64,000 nt of DNA from Isurus oxyrinchus (Eukaryota): contig JANJGN010000053.1 in the NCBI GenBank assembly GCA_026770705.1, forward strand, positions 3,162,001 to 3,226,000, in the 5' to 3' direction. A program made the translations under genes and the position numbers. Shown piece by piece: positions 39,686-52,900 of the stretch. Numbering within the stretch: the first letter of the stretch is position 1; every line of letters starts with the position of its first letter. The notes beneath the pieces were generated by a model that made no database searches, had not been told where the DNA came from, and saw only the letters and a program-made list of their open reading frames with translations.

Positions 39686-40152
39686 AATCTACCCTCTGCT
39701 GGACAATGTCAGAATCACACACATAACTTTACCAATCTACCCTCTGCTGGACAATGTCAGAATCACACACACACCTTTACCAATCTACCCTCTGCTGGAC
39801 ACTGTCAGAATCACACACACACATTTACCAATCTACCCTCTGCTGGACACTGTCAAAATCACACACATACCTTTACCAATCTACCCTCTGCTGGACAATG
39901 TCAAAATCACACACACACCTTTACCAATCTCGTTCTGTCGAAGGGTCATGAGGACTCGAAACGTCAACTCTTTTCTTCTCCGCCGATGCTGCCAGACCTA
40001 CTGAGTTTTTCCAGGTAATTCTGTTTTTGTTTTACCAATCTACCCTCTGCTGGACACTGTCAGAATCACACACACATCTTTAGCAATCTACCCTCTGCTG
40101 GACACTGTCAGAATCACACACACACCTTTATCAATCTGTCCTCTGCTGGACC
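39686..40152. repeat. 48-bp minisatellite (ACCAATCTACCCTCTGCTGGACACTGTCAGAATCACACACACACCTTT)n, interrupted by an insertion
   Basis: About 5 units, a 100-bp insertion, then about 2.5 units. Confidence 0.92.
39931..40030 (+). mobile_element. short interspersed element remnant (Penelope-like terminal repeat fragment)
   Basis: GAAGGGTCATGAGGACTCGAAACGTCAACTCTTTTCTTCTCCGCCGATGCTGCCAGACC..., nearly identical to 62430-62520, flanked by a TTTACCAATCT duplication. The family name is recalled, not searched. Confidence 0.7.
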
Positions 40153-42024
40153 ATGTTGTATCCGTCTGAAAATTGCTTCTCCGACCATTTTTGTGTCATC
40201 TTCAAATTTGGAAATATTTTCATTAATCCCCAGTTCGCAATAATTGATATGGGTGGTAAATAATTGGATCCCAGTGAACTAAGCTTGCAGCTTCTTGGGA
40301 GTTTTGGGAATTTGGAAGGATTTGGAAGAAACTTGAGTAGATTGTTGCATGTGGGGGAATTAGGGTGTTCTGTTCATAAATTCACAGTACATTGCGCCCC
40401 GTGAGTTTCGGGGAAGAATGGCTTGATATCAACTGTTGGTGTCTCGCTACAGATGAACACAGGGCGAAATGCCACACTGCTGGTGATTAGGATCCACCAG
40501 CTGGAAGGTTGGCAACAAACTTCAAATGCGATTATTTTTCCACCAGCCTTACTGACAAGGAAGAGTTATGGCCCTGAGTGGACAGAGCGCAGCAAGTTCA
40601 CATAAACAGTGCCAGTGCTGCGGATTTACTAAGTCACTCCAGCCCTTGACCCTGTCACAAACAGACATGATAAGCACTGTATCACTCTCAGTCTATGTTT
40701 CATCATTTGTTGAACATTTTTTCTATTTTTTTGTGTTTTGATTTATTATAATGGTGGCTCTCATTTGTGGTTATGCCAGATTCAATCGTCGACCTCATGG
40801 AACTACAATAAGAGCTGCTGGGTGATACTGCACGTGAATGGTTTCTCCTGAATCAGTCAACTGCTAGCTCCAATGATGGATAACTGATTATTTATCTTGT
40901 AGAAAAAAAACGTTGGAGACTTATTGAATGTGGAATGTTTTCATGCCTCCCTCCACACTCAATAACCAGAGAGTTAGGTGTAGTGCTGTAAAGCAACATG
41001 GTGATGTGGTGAGCTGCTGCAAGAATACAGCTCTCTGTGTCCCCTGTATGTGGCAGTCTAGAGAGAATGAACACTAAATGGATGTAAAACAGTTATTCCA
41101 TTTATTTCCACGATTTAATCCTTCTTTAAAGGCATTTGAAAAATTACACAATGAAGCTGATATAAACTTGTAATGGATGCTCATCGGTCTTCAATTCTCT
41201 TGATGGGTTGTACTGTGGAAACAGCGGAGTGTGGTACCATTTTATTATATACAAGGAAATGCAGGGAAAAATCCCTTTTTCCTTCATTTCTGATTAGACC
41301 GTATTCATATTTTAAAAGATAAGTTATGGGTTAAAATACGAAACTAGATGTCTCAACACAAGGTAAAGTGTGATGTTTTTCAAAACACGTTTATATCAGA
41401 AAGTGATGCAACTTCGAGAGGGACACATAATTGGAAAGGTTAAGGGTATTCCCTCAGATTTTACACAGTGAGTCACACACCTGGGGCATCGCATCATGGT
41501 TTTGTCGATATCTTTTACCTGAAATATGGGCAAAAAATATTACATGAGAGAGAGGGTTGAAACTATTGCCACCATCATCTAAATAAATGCCAAGCATTCT
41601 TTTTTTTGATTGGAATACTTCAAAATCACTTAGTTTTGTCTTTCTTTGTTTCTCATGAAAAAAAATCAACCCGTTACTATTGATAGTTTCAGTATCATTA
41701 AAAGCATCAGAACAATTCTAGCTAATGATATTGTAAAAACTAGAGAGGGCTGAATACTCCCCAACTGTGCAGAAGAAGCTTGGAACATTGAATCGAACAT
41801 TGGTTTTTCCAGTTTCATGTATATGTTCTAAAGCAGGAGCAACACGCTCACGCCTTTCTGCTGACAGAATGTGCGGGCTTGTGATTTTTTCATGGAGGAC
41901 ATTCTCATTCATTTCAGGGATGGGATGAACCGATACGGCATGCTCAAAAATGTCCTGAGTGTTATGCACTTGGGGTGAACATATTATCGGTGAATAATGG
42001 GCTGAGAGCGGATGCATTTCCAAC

Positions 42025-42068
42025 GTCTGTGCGTGTGTATGTGTGGGTGTATATGTGCATGTGTGTGC

Positions 42069-42107
<39 letters not shown>

Positions 42108-42795
42108 TGTGTGTGTGCACATGCGAGTGAGTGTGTGTGTGTGTGCACAAGCGAGTGTCGGTGAGTGTGCGTGTGTGCACAAGCGAGTGTGTGTGTGTGC
42201 ACAAGCGAGTGAGTGTGTGTGTGCACAAGCGAGTGAGTGTGTGTGTGTGCACAAGCGAGTGAGTGTGTGTGTGTATGTGTGTGCACAAGCGAGTGAGTGT
42301 GTGTGTGCACAAGCGAGTGAATGTGTGTGTATGTGTGTGCACAAGCGAGTGAGTGTGTGTGTGTGTGCACAAACGAGTGAGTGTGTGTGCACAAGCGAGT
42401 GAGTGTGTGTGTGTATGTGTGTGCATAAGCGAGTGAGTGTGTGTGTGTGCGCACAAGCGAGTGAGTGTGTGTGTGTGCACAGGTGAGTGAGTATGTGTGT
42501 GCACAAGCGAGTGAGTGTGTGTGTGTGCATGCACAAGCGAGTGAGTGTGTGTGTACACAAGTGAGTGAGTCTGTGTGTGCACAAGCGACTGAGTGTGTAT
42601 GTGTGAGTGCACAAGCGAGTGAGTGTGTGTGTGTGCACAAGCGATTGTGTGCGCGTGTGTGCACAAGCGAGTGAGTGTGTTTGTGTGTGTGTGTGTGCAC
42701 AAGCGAGTGAGTGTGTTTGTGTGTGTGTGCACAAGCGAGTGAGTGTGTGCGGGTGTGTGCACAAGCGAGTGAGTGTGTGTGTGGGTGTGTGAGAG
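42025..42795. repeat. (TG)n-derived minisatellite (GTGTGTGCACAAGCGAGTGA)n
   Basis: Directly visible; source of the His/Thr-rich spurious ORFs. Confidence 0.95.
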
Positions 42796-42984
42796 CAGCA
42801 TGAAGAGGTTAGAATTTGTTTATTTTGAGTGAAAGAGAAGAAATGGTGTTTATTATTGCCCGGGCTGTGTTGTGTCGCTGTGAGGCAACAGATGACGTAC
42901 TGGAAAGTCGGATGTTTCATTTTGAGCACTGGAGGTATTCCCGCATGGGGTCTAAACAAGTGAGACAAATCACAGCGAGCAGCA

Positions 42985-43390
42985 TTAATTGTAGTAATGA
43001 TTGAAGCCAACTCCCGCTGAATCAGTCTACTCTCCAGCATCAGTAAAATGATGGAAGGTTTAATCCAAAGCGACACATGCTTAGCAAGCACCTGGTCAGC
43101 GACAGTCAGTTTGGGTTTTGCCGGGGTCACTATTCATTTCGGTCTTGGCTCAAACATCGGAATGGAAGCTAAACTCCCGAGGTGAGGTGACAGTGACAGC
43201 CTTTGACATCAATGTGCTATGTGACCGAGTGCGGCATCAATGATCACGGAGCCAAACTGATGACTTTGGGATCCAAGGGAATGAGAAAACAAAACTGGCC
43301 GTTGTTTGGAGTCACATACAGCACACAGCAAGATCGCTGTGGTTATTGAGGCCATGTATCGTCAACACTGTGGCTACAAGAGCATGAACT
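42985..43390 (+). mobile_element. decayed LINE RT fragment (same family as 48600-49835)
   Basis: CAGTTTGGGTTTTGCCGGGGTCAC...GCCTTTGACATCAAT...TGACCGAGTGCGGCATCAA corresponds to the QFGF...ALDI.A.DRV.H RT motifs. Confidence 0.6.
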
Positions 43391-43805
43391 TTCACACAGA
43401 CCCAGTTCATTCGGTGGGCAGGTGAGTGAAGGATAAATACAGAATAATCATTATTGGCGGGAGCTGGTGTAGGTTGGGGTCTCCCAGGAGGAGAAGGAAA
43501 AACAATTCAGGGATGACGCCAACACTCCCCTGAAGAGACACAGCCATCCCCTCGACTTATTTGAGACCGCGGTTGGCCGGAGTCAACCAAACACAAACCT
43601 GCATAAACTCAGTGGTGATGATGGATGGTGTGCACAACCCTCCCAACAATCTCTGTACCCCACCATTCAATGCGCAGGTGTCCCGTTAGTGACAGACTCT
43701 GAAGATGGTCCAGTTCAGAACAGATATGAATATAGAGGAAGAAAGTCACCAACAATGCAGATCGACAGCTTGAGAAAGGAAATGAATCTCTATCTCACCC
43801 AGAGT

Positions 43806-43924
43806 TCACACATCACCGCCGGCACTTTCCGGTCTGAAGAAATCACCAGCAACACCTTCCAGCAGCAAGTGATCGCCCTGAGAATCATTGTCTCTAGTCT
43901 CAGCATCGTCGTAATGGCCGAGAT
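43806..43924 (-). CDS. cytoplasmic exon 3 ([39 protein letters not shown])
   Basis: TTTGTTCCTCGCAG|AT; YDDAE motif typical of WC1-type tails; TGA at 43808-43806. Confidence 0.75.
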
Positions 43925-46900
43925 CTGCGAGGAACAAACCATCTTCATTGACAGTAATTGCTAACAATGAATAGTTAGAGTCAACCAATCAGAGGGGATG
44001 ACAGAGATTCTATTGCGCATGTCGGGGAGGGAGATAAAACGTGGAGAATTTTTGGAACAAATCGCCTCTCAGTATTTTTATTTTTTGTTTTGTTGTCCCG
44101 TCTCTCACTGACTCAATGATCTCACCAGCCTGCATGCACATTTCACATTTCATAAAATACTGGGCCTTGTGATGAAACGTATAACATGATATGTTCTCTA
44201 AATAAAACTATTTCACTCTTTTATATTATTGACTGCATTCACCTGAAAATAGATCAGCTTGAAAGTATTTTAGAAGCGTTTTTATCTAACGTCACTGTAA
44301 TAGCTGATCTCATAGTCCGTGCAACTTAATGGTACATTCGTCCTTGTTAATAGTTCATATTCGAGTGTAGATATTACTGAGTGTGAAGGATGAAAACCTG
44401 ATGGCCGGAGCAAAAGGTTTACCCACCCTGAACACTGGAGGAGTTCTCGTCAGGATTTTCTGATCCACGACCTTTGTCATCCAAAATGTGGCTGGTGTAG
44501 TATTCGATATGGTTGTGAGAGTCAATGGAAGCAGAAACTGTTAAAGAGAGGGGGGAATAAAATCTCTGGTTCTTGGAGCAAGTAGGTATGTCATTATAGC
44601 GTCATCACGCTGCAGAAACATTCAGCCCATCGGAGCAGAGGTCAAAATAATTCATGGTCCGTGTCGCAATGTCCGGGTGTTTATTACATTACGTCAACTT
44701 TTCCAGAACATTCGCCCAATGTACTGGAGTGTTTCAATAGGAAAAACAATTATCAGCTGATCACGGCATCCAGGGATGAACATTAAATCTTCCGGGTGAC
44801 CTCGCGAAGGCAATTTTACCCTCAGTGGGTCACTGGGTATAGTTTCCTTATCCACAATCCCCCTCCCCCACCCCCTCCACAAAACCACCATTCTCTTTCA
44901 TTTGCATAGGCTTTAAATCCATCCCTTTTGACGGAAGAGAAAGGAACTCATGGGCAATAGAATCAAAAAGAGGCCAAAAAGCATTTTATGATCATTCTTT
45001 TCAGCATGTTTGGATAACTTTCGTTCGTAATATAGTGTCCATCCTTGTGAGGTGCAGTGACCCTCATCAACTACTCCTACATATCTTTTAAAATTTGCTG
45101 AACTGGACTGTAAATTCTAAACCAGATTCCCTCTAACTAATGTTCGATCGAGGTTCACCAGGCTAATATTGTTATTTAAATCCATCTATCAAGAACCAGA
45201 TTATACTGTTTGGTTTGGCTTTTGACATTCTGATCATTCTGCATCGATTGTCGTGTTTTATTTGTTTCCCTGAACTCCTGTAGCCCACAACTTTAATATT
45301 CAATTCCTATTCAGCGTTACAGATGGAAAATTCATTCTTAGTTTACATACCTGATTGTAATTCCCTGTAATTAATTAAGTGGAGATTCATTTGCAAATCG
45401 TATGTCCAGTGACGGAAATTTATTAATGGGTGTTTTTAAAACACTTTCACTACCTCCCAGCGCATCACAATTTGGTCAGTCGTTACAGTTAGAAAAATAT
45501 ACCATTTTTATCCAAAGTCTAAATCGTTCAGACAAGTTTTGAACAACAGTGATATTAGCAGGGAAACGTCTTGAAAGCCCATTCCCACTTTATTTCCTCT
45601 ACATAACTACCTTGTATTCCACACTTTGTTTTCTGTCTTGTAGGCAGCAGGCTACACATTCTCATAGGTGACTCCATTTAAAAGTAACGAATAAGACCAA
45701 CCAGTGCTTTTCATGATCTCCAGATGTCCAAAGCTGTTTGCAGCTAATGGATACAACTGATGTATCGTCACCATTGAAATATGGGAAACACGGCAGGCAA
45801 TTTGGCCACAGCAATCTTCCAGGGGCAATCGCAGCGATGTGCTAATTAGGAGATAATCTGGCTTTGTGATTTTGATCAAGTGATACATACTTGTCAGTAT
45901 ACCAAGGGCAACACTCAAATCTCCATGTGAAGACATTTTGGTCACCACTTAAACAACGCCTCTGAAAGAAAACCCTGCCAAGAGGGCATCAGCCGCTCAT
46001 TGCAGCACCAGAGTCTCAGCCTTGATATTTCTCTCCAAGTACTGGAGTGGAACTGAATCCCGAAAGGGATTGATTCAGAAGCAATACTCACACCTACTGG
46101 GCAATAGCTGAGTGGTACGCACTTGCCTTATCCATCTGTATATTAAGTGGACATTTCTGAAAAAATTATGTATCCACAGAATTTATGTCCTCACTGCTAA
46201 GCTTATCTATGCTGCTAACTTTTTGAAGGTTTTGGTGAGGTTCTGAAAGTGAGAGATCTCATTATGAAGTATTTGCTGACTGTGCTTTACTTGGTTTGAT
46301 GCAAATGTGTACTCTTTTCCTCATTCGTATCAATTACACTCGTTTTTCTCCCCCCAACGTTCAGAAAACGGATCTTTCTTCCCGGGATATTTTCAACCTT
46401 CCTATGAAACTGTGGATTTAATGACAGTTATCCGCCAGGATCGTGGCACAACCACCGCTTGAAATGAATTGGTTAATCACTGTAAATGTGCCTCTGCTAT
46501 CTTATAATATTTGTCTGTAATGAATGAAAGCAAACTGTGCTGTTGTTGGTGAGTGTTTTATAATTTTATTATTAAATTAATTTTAAATGTAATTTTGTCA
46601 TTCCTATCCTTATTTCCCAACGTCATGTCCTCTTACATTTTACCCCTGGCAGATACTAAAAGAAAAATTTTGATTAATGTTTCTGATGTTTCATGAATGC
46701 TGGATATTATTCTTTCAGTTCCTTTTGGAATACGGTCACGTAATTCTGAACCGCATGTCCATTTTAACTATAAACATTGTGCTAACTTACTAGACAATCC
46801 AAGATCATTTCATTGATTAGTTGTAATTATCACCATAATTACATTGGTCGTCTTTTTTCATATTCTCCCCTTTCCTGCTTTGCCAACCCGCCGCTTCCCA

Positions 46901-49900
46901 CCATTGTTATTCTTCCCTATGTTATCGTCATTTCTTTGTTTTTTCTTTGTTGTTCCCCACAGTTTTCCATAGTGTTTAACATATCCTTGTTAGTTATTGA
47001 AACATATTCCCTTGGACTCGGTTTGATTTTTTTTTCTCCAATACAGATATACATAATATTGGATAAAATATTCCCAAATTTCAATCTCTGCCCCTGAGAA
47101 CAGGGGTCCTTCAAGCTGTCATAGTTGGTGTGAGTGGTTTGCAATGTCTATTCAGTAATCCTCTCTCTGTATAATTTATTCAGTCAGCTTTCTAATGGAG
47201 CCAGGGAGCATTCTGTTTGTAAGTTGGAAACAGCGATCTGCTTGCTATTTTCAAATAAACGGCAAAACACCTTTTGAGCAACGCAGAATTTTGAGAATTT
47301 TGAGAAGCTCATTACTCTTCACATATAACAGACACACACGGATATAGGGCGCTTTCACATGAGGAAAGTGAGCTGAATGCCAGTCGTGCCCATTCATTGT
47401 ACTGACTTAGAAAGCAGGTAAACGGAAACAGAATTTCCCAGTGTAGAATGGAGGTGCAAAGGGAGTTACAAACCTGAGCCACGGGTCAGAGCAGGATCCT
47501 TGACCGGCGGAATATCTTGAATTTCTTCATAAATTGCTTGGTACATAGCTGTCGGTGAACCCCAACTGCCAGTGACAGAACCTGATGGAGGAAAGGCAGA
47601 GAGATTAACAATTTGTTGTGTTTTACCATTGTTTAATAATGAAACGTTTGCAAATAATAACACAAAGAAGATGGTGAAAGTGAATGCAGATAGTCAGTGA
47701 GCTGGTTAAGAAGGATCTTTTGTTAAGTATGTGTTTTTTTAAGAGAGAGTGCGTATCCATATATCTGTGTGTGAGAGAGACTGAGAGGCAGAGAGAGATA
47801 GATGGTATGTGCGTGTGACTGTGTCTCTCTGTGTATGTGTGTGTGTGAGTGTGTGTGTGAGTGTGTGTGCGTAACTGCATATATGTGTGTGTGAGAGAGA
47901 GAGAGACTGAGAGGCAGAGAGAGATAGACGGTATGTGTGTGTGACTGTGTCTGTGTGTGTGTGTGTGTGTTTGTGTGTGTGAGAGAGAGAGACTGAGAGC
48001 CAGAGAGAGATAGACGGTATGTGCGTGTGACTGTGTCTCTGTGTGTGTAACTGCATGGACACGTGTTCAACTCCACTAGACTACGGCCCAGTTTAATTAA
48101 TGTTAGAAAAGACGAAAAGAGGCTTTTTCGGGAGAAATCAATTCCAGCTGATCACTCGGGGATTTCAGCTGAAGAGAAGCAGGGGAAAAATCGCTGAATT
48201 CTGATGACATCATTAGGTTGGAAAGACCCGCGAGGAGCTCACGCTTCCTTTCTGTATCACATCAGAGTTAAAATTAATTTGAAGTGCGCATCGAACATTT
48301 GCGCGAATATTGTTCAGATCGGAGCAGTTAGTTATGTAAGGGTACAGAATATTGATAAATGGGTGCCGAAGATCCTATAAAAGTTTCACGTCTCAAAACC
48401 TTGGATCGATGCTGGCTAGAGAGCTCAAAGTTGGCCATCTGGACAAGGAAACGGAAACAGTGGACAGACACTGATTGGATAGACGTCGATTGCCTGATAC
48501 AAAATTACAGGGCATCATGTGTAAATTGCTTCCGAGAACCTTCTGATCTATGGCTACAACAATTAGTTTCACCTTGAGCCACAGTAGCGGTGGATCTAGT
48601 AGGACTGAGAATATGGACAGTCAATGACTCTTCCATTTAAATGTCACATTGTACTGTTCCACCAAGTGCTTTGAACTAGAATGCTGGCTAAAGTTGGCTA
48701 ATATTGGTTTCCACCGTGACAAGTGACAACGTGTGGAAAAAGTTAATAAAGTGAATCCTCACCAAGATATGAAGCATGAAAAGGCCCGAAAGAATTCGAG
48801 CCAATAGGATTCGGGAGGAAACTCTTCGCTGCTTGGAGTTGGAGTGCGCACAAAACAAGGGAGTTTTCGCTGATGCAGGTAAATCATCTTTCAGTCCTGG
48901 GAAATTAATACAGGAGCACCTCAGCCAAGGGTGCTAGGCCCATCGATCATAATCTGTTTCATTATTGACCATGTCTTCTTCTGACGGTCATGAGTGCGAA
49001 TGTTCGCTGATGATGGAACAATGTTCAGCTCAACTTCTGCAGCAGGCTGTGTCCACATGCAGACAGACATGGACCATACACAGGCTGACATTCAAAGTGG
49101 CGAGTACAATCTGTGACACAAGTGCTAGGGAATGACCATCTCTAACATGATATAATCTAACTGTCAGCCTTTGAGTTTCAGTGGCACTGCCGTCCGTGAA
49201 TCCCCAGCTAACAACATCCTGGGGGATTCCATTGAACAGAAACTGAACTGGGCTTGTGAAATAAATGAGGTAGTGACAAAGGTTCAGAGGTAACTCAACT
49301 TTTGACTTGGCAAAACCTTTAAACGATCTACAAGGGACACTCAGGAGCGTTAGTGAATACACACCAAAATGCCTGTTTGAGTGCAGCTACAACAAAACTC
49401 AAGAAGTTTGCCACCATCCAGAGTACAGCCTTCCACTTTATTGGCACCATATCCACAAGCAATCATTCCCTCCACCACCGACGTACAGTGGCATCAGTGT
49501 GTAAAATTTACAAGTTACAAATGAAGAATTCAGCAAGGCTGCTTAGACAGGGCCTTCCAAAACCACATAAACAAACATCGAGAAGTACAATGGAAGCAGA
49601 CACATTGGAAAACCACGTCCTGGAAGTCACCCTTCAAGCTTCTCACATCATTATTTGGATATATGTCGCCATTACTGCCCGATCGCTGGGTCAATCATTA
49701 AACTCCATCCCTAATAGCACTGTGGGGTTACCTACGCAACATGGACTGCAACGTTTCAAGAAGGCAGCTCATCATCACTTTCTCAAGGGCAATTATGGAT
49801 GGACAATGAACGCAGGGCTGCCAGTGAGGCTGTAATCTCATTCATGAATTTGAACGAAAAATAAAAATATCAGAGATTTAATGTGAAGTCAGTGGTTAGA

Positions 49901-52900
49901 TTTGAGTCTCACCTTTCCTTGATGATTGTCTCTGCATTAGCACAATTAGTGCGATGAACTCACAGATCAACAGGATCCCGAGTGTTATACCGATCACAAG
50001 AGAGATGGAAGTAATTTCATCTTCATGACCTTAATGAAATGTTAGAAACAGATACAAAAGAGACACTGAATGCTTTGTATTTTTAAACGGTCCATCAGTC
50101 TGAAACACTCAGATTAACTTCAAATTTAAAAAAAACACAAAAATGTTAACAATAGCAGTCCATTCGGTGCATTAGCCTCGACAGGATTATTACTTTTTAG
50201 TGAGACCTATCTGTGGGTGTGTAAGGAGAACCAGGCGACGACAAATCAGGACCTTGGGGTATTATGCAAAAAAACGATAAAGCATTAATTTAGAAATACA
50301 TCTGTTGTTCATAATTTACGAATTCATCAGTTATCTTCAGCGAACAATAAACAACCACTACTATCCCGGCCCCAGACCACACCGTTAAGAACTACCCCTA
50401 CCTGAACAAATCACACTGGCAACCTCCTTGTGATCACAGTCAGATTGAGCAGATGCTGAGGAAGGACAATCGGGGAGAAAGGACTCGCTTCCGGTACACC
50501 TCACCTCATCGAGCCAGATATCACCTTCACCCTGGCCAAAAGCGCCCCCCCCAATGGCCAATAGAGCAGATCCACAATTCAGCTGCCTGCAGACAACATT
50601 GGCATCGGCCATATCCCAGGAGTCATCACAAACCGTGCCCCAGGTATTATTGCACGTTATCTCCACTCGCCCGGAGCAGTTGGTGTTACCTCCAACCAGA
50701 CGCAAACCTGCACCCGAATCTGTCAAAGAGAATCAATCACTATTATTTCAGCGGAAAAATACAGGGATACAATTCGGCTAATTGGTGTAAGAAAGCGGAG
50801 TAATCACCTGATTTTCGACCGCAATCCTTCTCACTGTCCGGTTGTCCCTTCGTTGTCTTTCCTACTGTGAGTAAGGAAACGTGCTGACTCATTTGGACAT
50901 CAATGTGTGAAATACTACCCGCACATTCGATGGTTTATTTTGATACCTGAACAGGAAACTCCTGCATCTTCTCTGTGATAACAGTTGTGTTGTCCCCACG
51001 GGTCTGTCCGACACTGCCAAATGGCCGACTCGTGAAAATTACATTCCATCTCATCGAGCCAAATAGGTCCGGATCCTTCTCCGAATGACCGAGCGGTATA
51101 GTCTATAGTAACCAGGGGGCCACACTGTAACTGTTTACAGATCACCTCAGCATCATGGGAATCCAATGATTCCGAGCACACTGTTCCCCAGATCCCATTG
51201 TAGAACACTTCCGCCCTCCCCTCACAGTGATGCTTTCCATTCACCAGCCGCAGATCTTTGTGTTGTATCAACGAAAGAAGAAATCTCCAGATATTTTCAG
51301 TGATAAATGGAATCATGTCAACAGTGCCCCCTCCACCCACGTTGTGCCAGATGTGTTTACTGAATAGAGATAATTATTTCAGAAAAGTAACAGAGGCACA
51401 TTTAGCATTCAATTATACAATCAAGGATAATCAACACAGATTTCGAAAGAGCGAATTATACATTTTCCAATTCATTGCTTTACTTGAAGAAGTTTCAGAA
51501 ACATTATACAGAGATAATCATGTGTATGTAAACCGCATGGATTTTGAAAAAAAAACAATAACTTTCGAAAATTTATTCCTCAGCTGAATTAAGGCTGAGA
51601 TCAGGGAATATGAAATTTAGTGACACGGTAGAAAAAGAAGATCCAACAGGGAACAATGCAGGATATCACTTATAACAGTAGAAGTCGGGGCGTGGTGTGC
51701 ACATGAAATGCTGCTGGGGGTCACTTTTGCTTAAGATTAACAAATAACATTTGCTAATTGGAATTGAAGTACATATTCAAAATGAACTACGGCTTGCAGT
51801 TAACACCAAGACAAATTCCACTCACTGCATGCACACGTTCAGAGACTGCAGGATAGGCGTGTCAATGACGAAATTATTTCACTACTGATTAGCATAAATT
51901 CATGTACGTTTGGTGGGTTCAATTGTACCGATGCCTTGACTGTGATATTTGATAAAAACACGAAGGGAATAACAGAGTTGAACTCAGCTCGGGCCAGGTG
52001 AAATCATATAAGACTCATGAGCAGATTAAGCAGCAGTCAGACGCGTTGAGCCGAATGGACAGTTCATGCGCGGTTTCTGCGCCATTCAGTAAAATGCCAT
52101 CTGCGTGAAACTTCGCTTATAAAGGAAATGAGTTCATTGAGGTCACCCTTACCTGAGCACATGATCTTCACATCTTCTATGTGAGTACAGTCGTGCGAAC
52201 CCCAATATGCCGAGGGGCATTGCCAGAGAAACGATTCCTCCCCTGAACAGTTCAAGCCTTCCAGCCAAACTGGACCTGAGCCTGGTCCCCAAGTGGCAGG
52301 AAGTGTCACGTCCAGAGCCTTTCCGCAATGCAGCTGTTTGCAAACTACGTCAGCGTCTGTCCGATCCCAGGAATTATCACAAACTGAGCCCCAGGTCCCG
52401 CTGTAATAAATCTCCACTCGGCCTGCACATGGGCTTCCACCGTCTGACAGTCTTAACTGTTTGTGTTCTGGTCCAGAAAATACAGTATTTATCATGATTC
52501 TTTGATTACGCATTTATCTCAAAACTCAATTTAAATTATTCGTTATTATCCAGCAAATGTAATAAAGAAAATAGCTTGAATGTGACAGGTAACTGACTCT
52601 ATGGTTGAAAATATGTATCTCAAATTACTTGAAGTAAATAATGTGGAGTGCACAAATAATTCAGATATTCCGACACCTGACTCCTACGATATTCTGGCTT
52701 GCAGTTCACCTATTGTGTGATCAATGCTGTGTGCGCTGTTTCAACGTCAATTGAACTTTTTGTATTCACCGTTCTAACCAAACTACTTATGAACATGAAT
52801 TGTACACGGTTCTTTTTCTCCCTGCACGCATCTCAAACTCTTATTTCACTCGATTTCTGAATATCTCGCTGTTTTATATTGATAACATGGAAAAAATGCT

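Noticed and set aside
38214-40018. Gly- and Pro-rich ORFs up to 326 aa
   Set aside because: Products of the G-rich and 48-bp repeats; no splice or domain support.
41718-43130. 470-aa and overlapping His/Thr-rich ORFs
   Set aside because: Translation of a (CA)n-derived minisatellite.
46917-47144. ORF with TNYDSL as an extra cytoplasmic exon of the SRCR gene
   Set aside because: No convincing phase-1 acceptor and donor pair.
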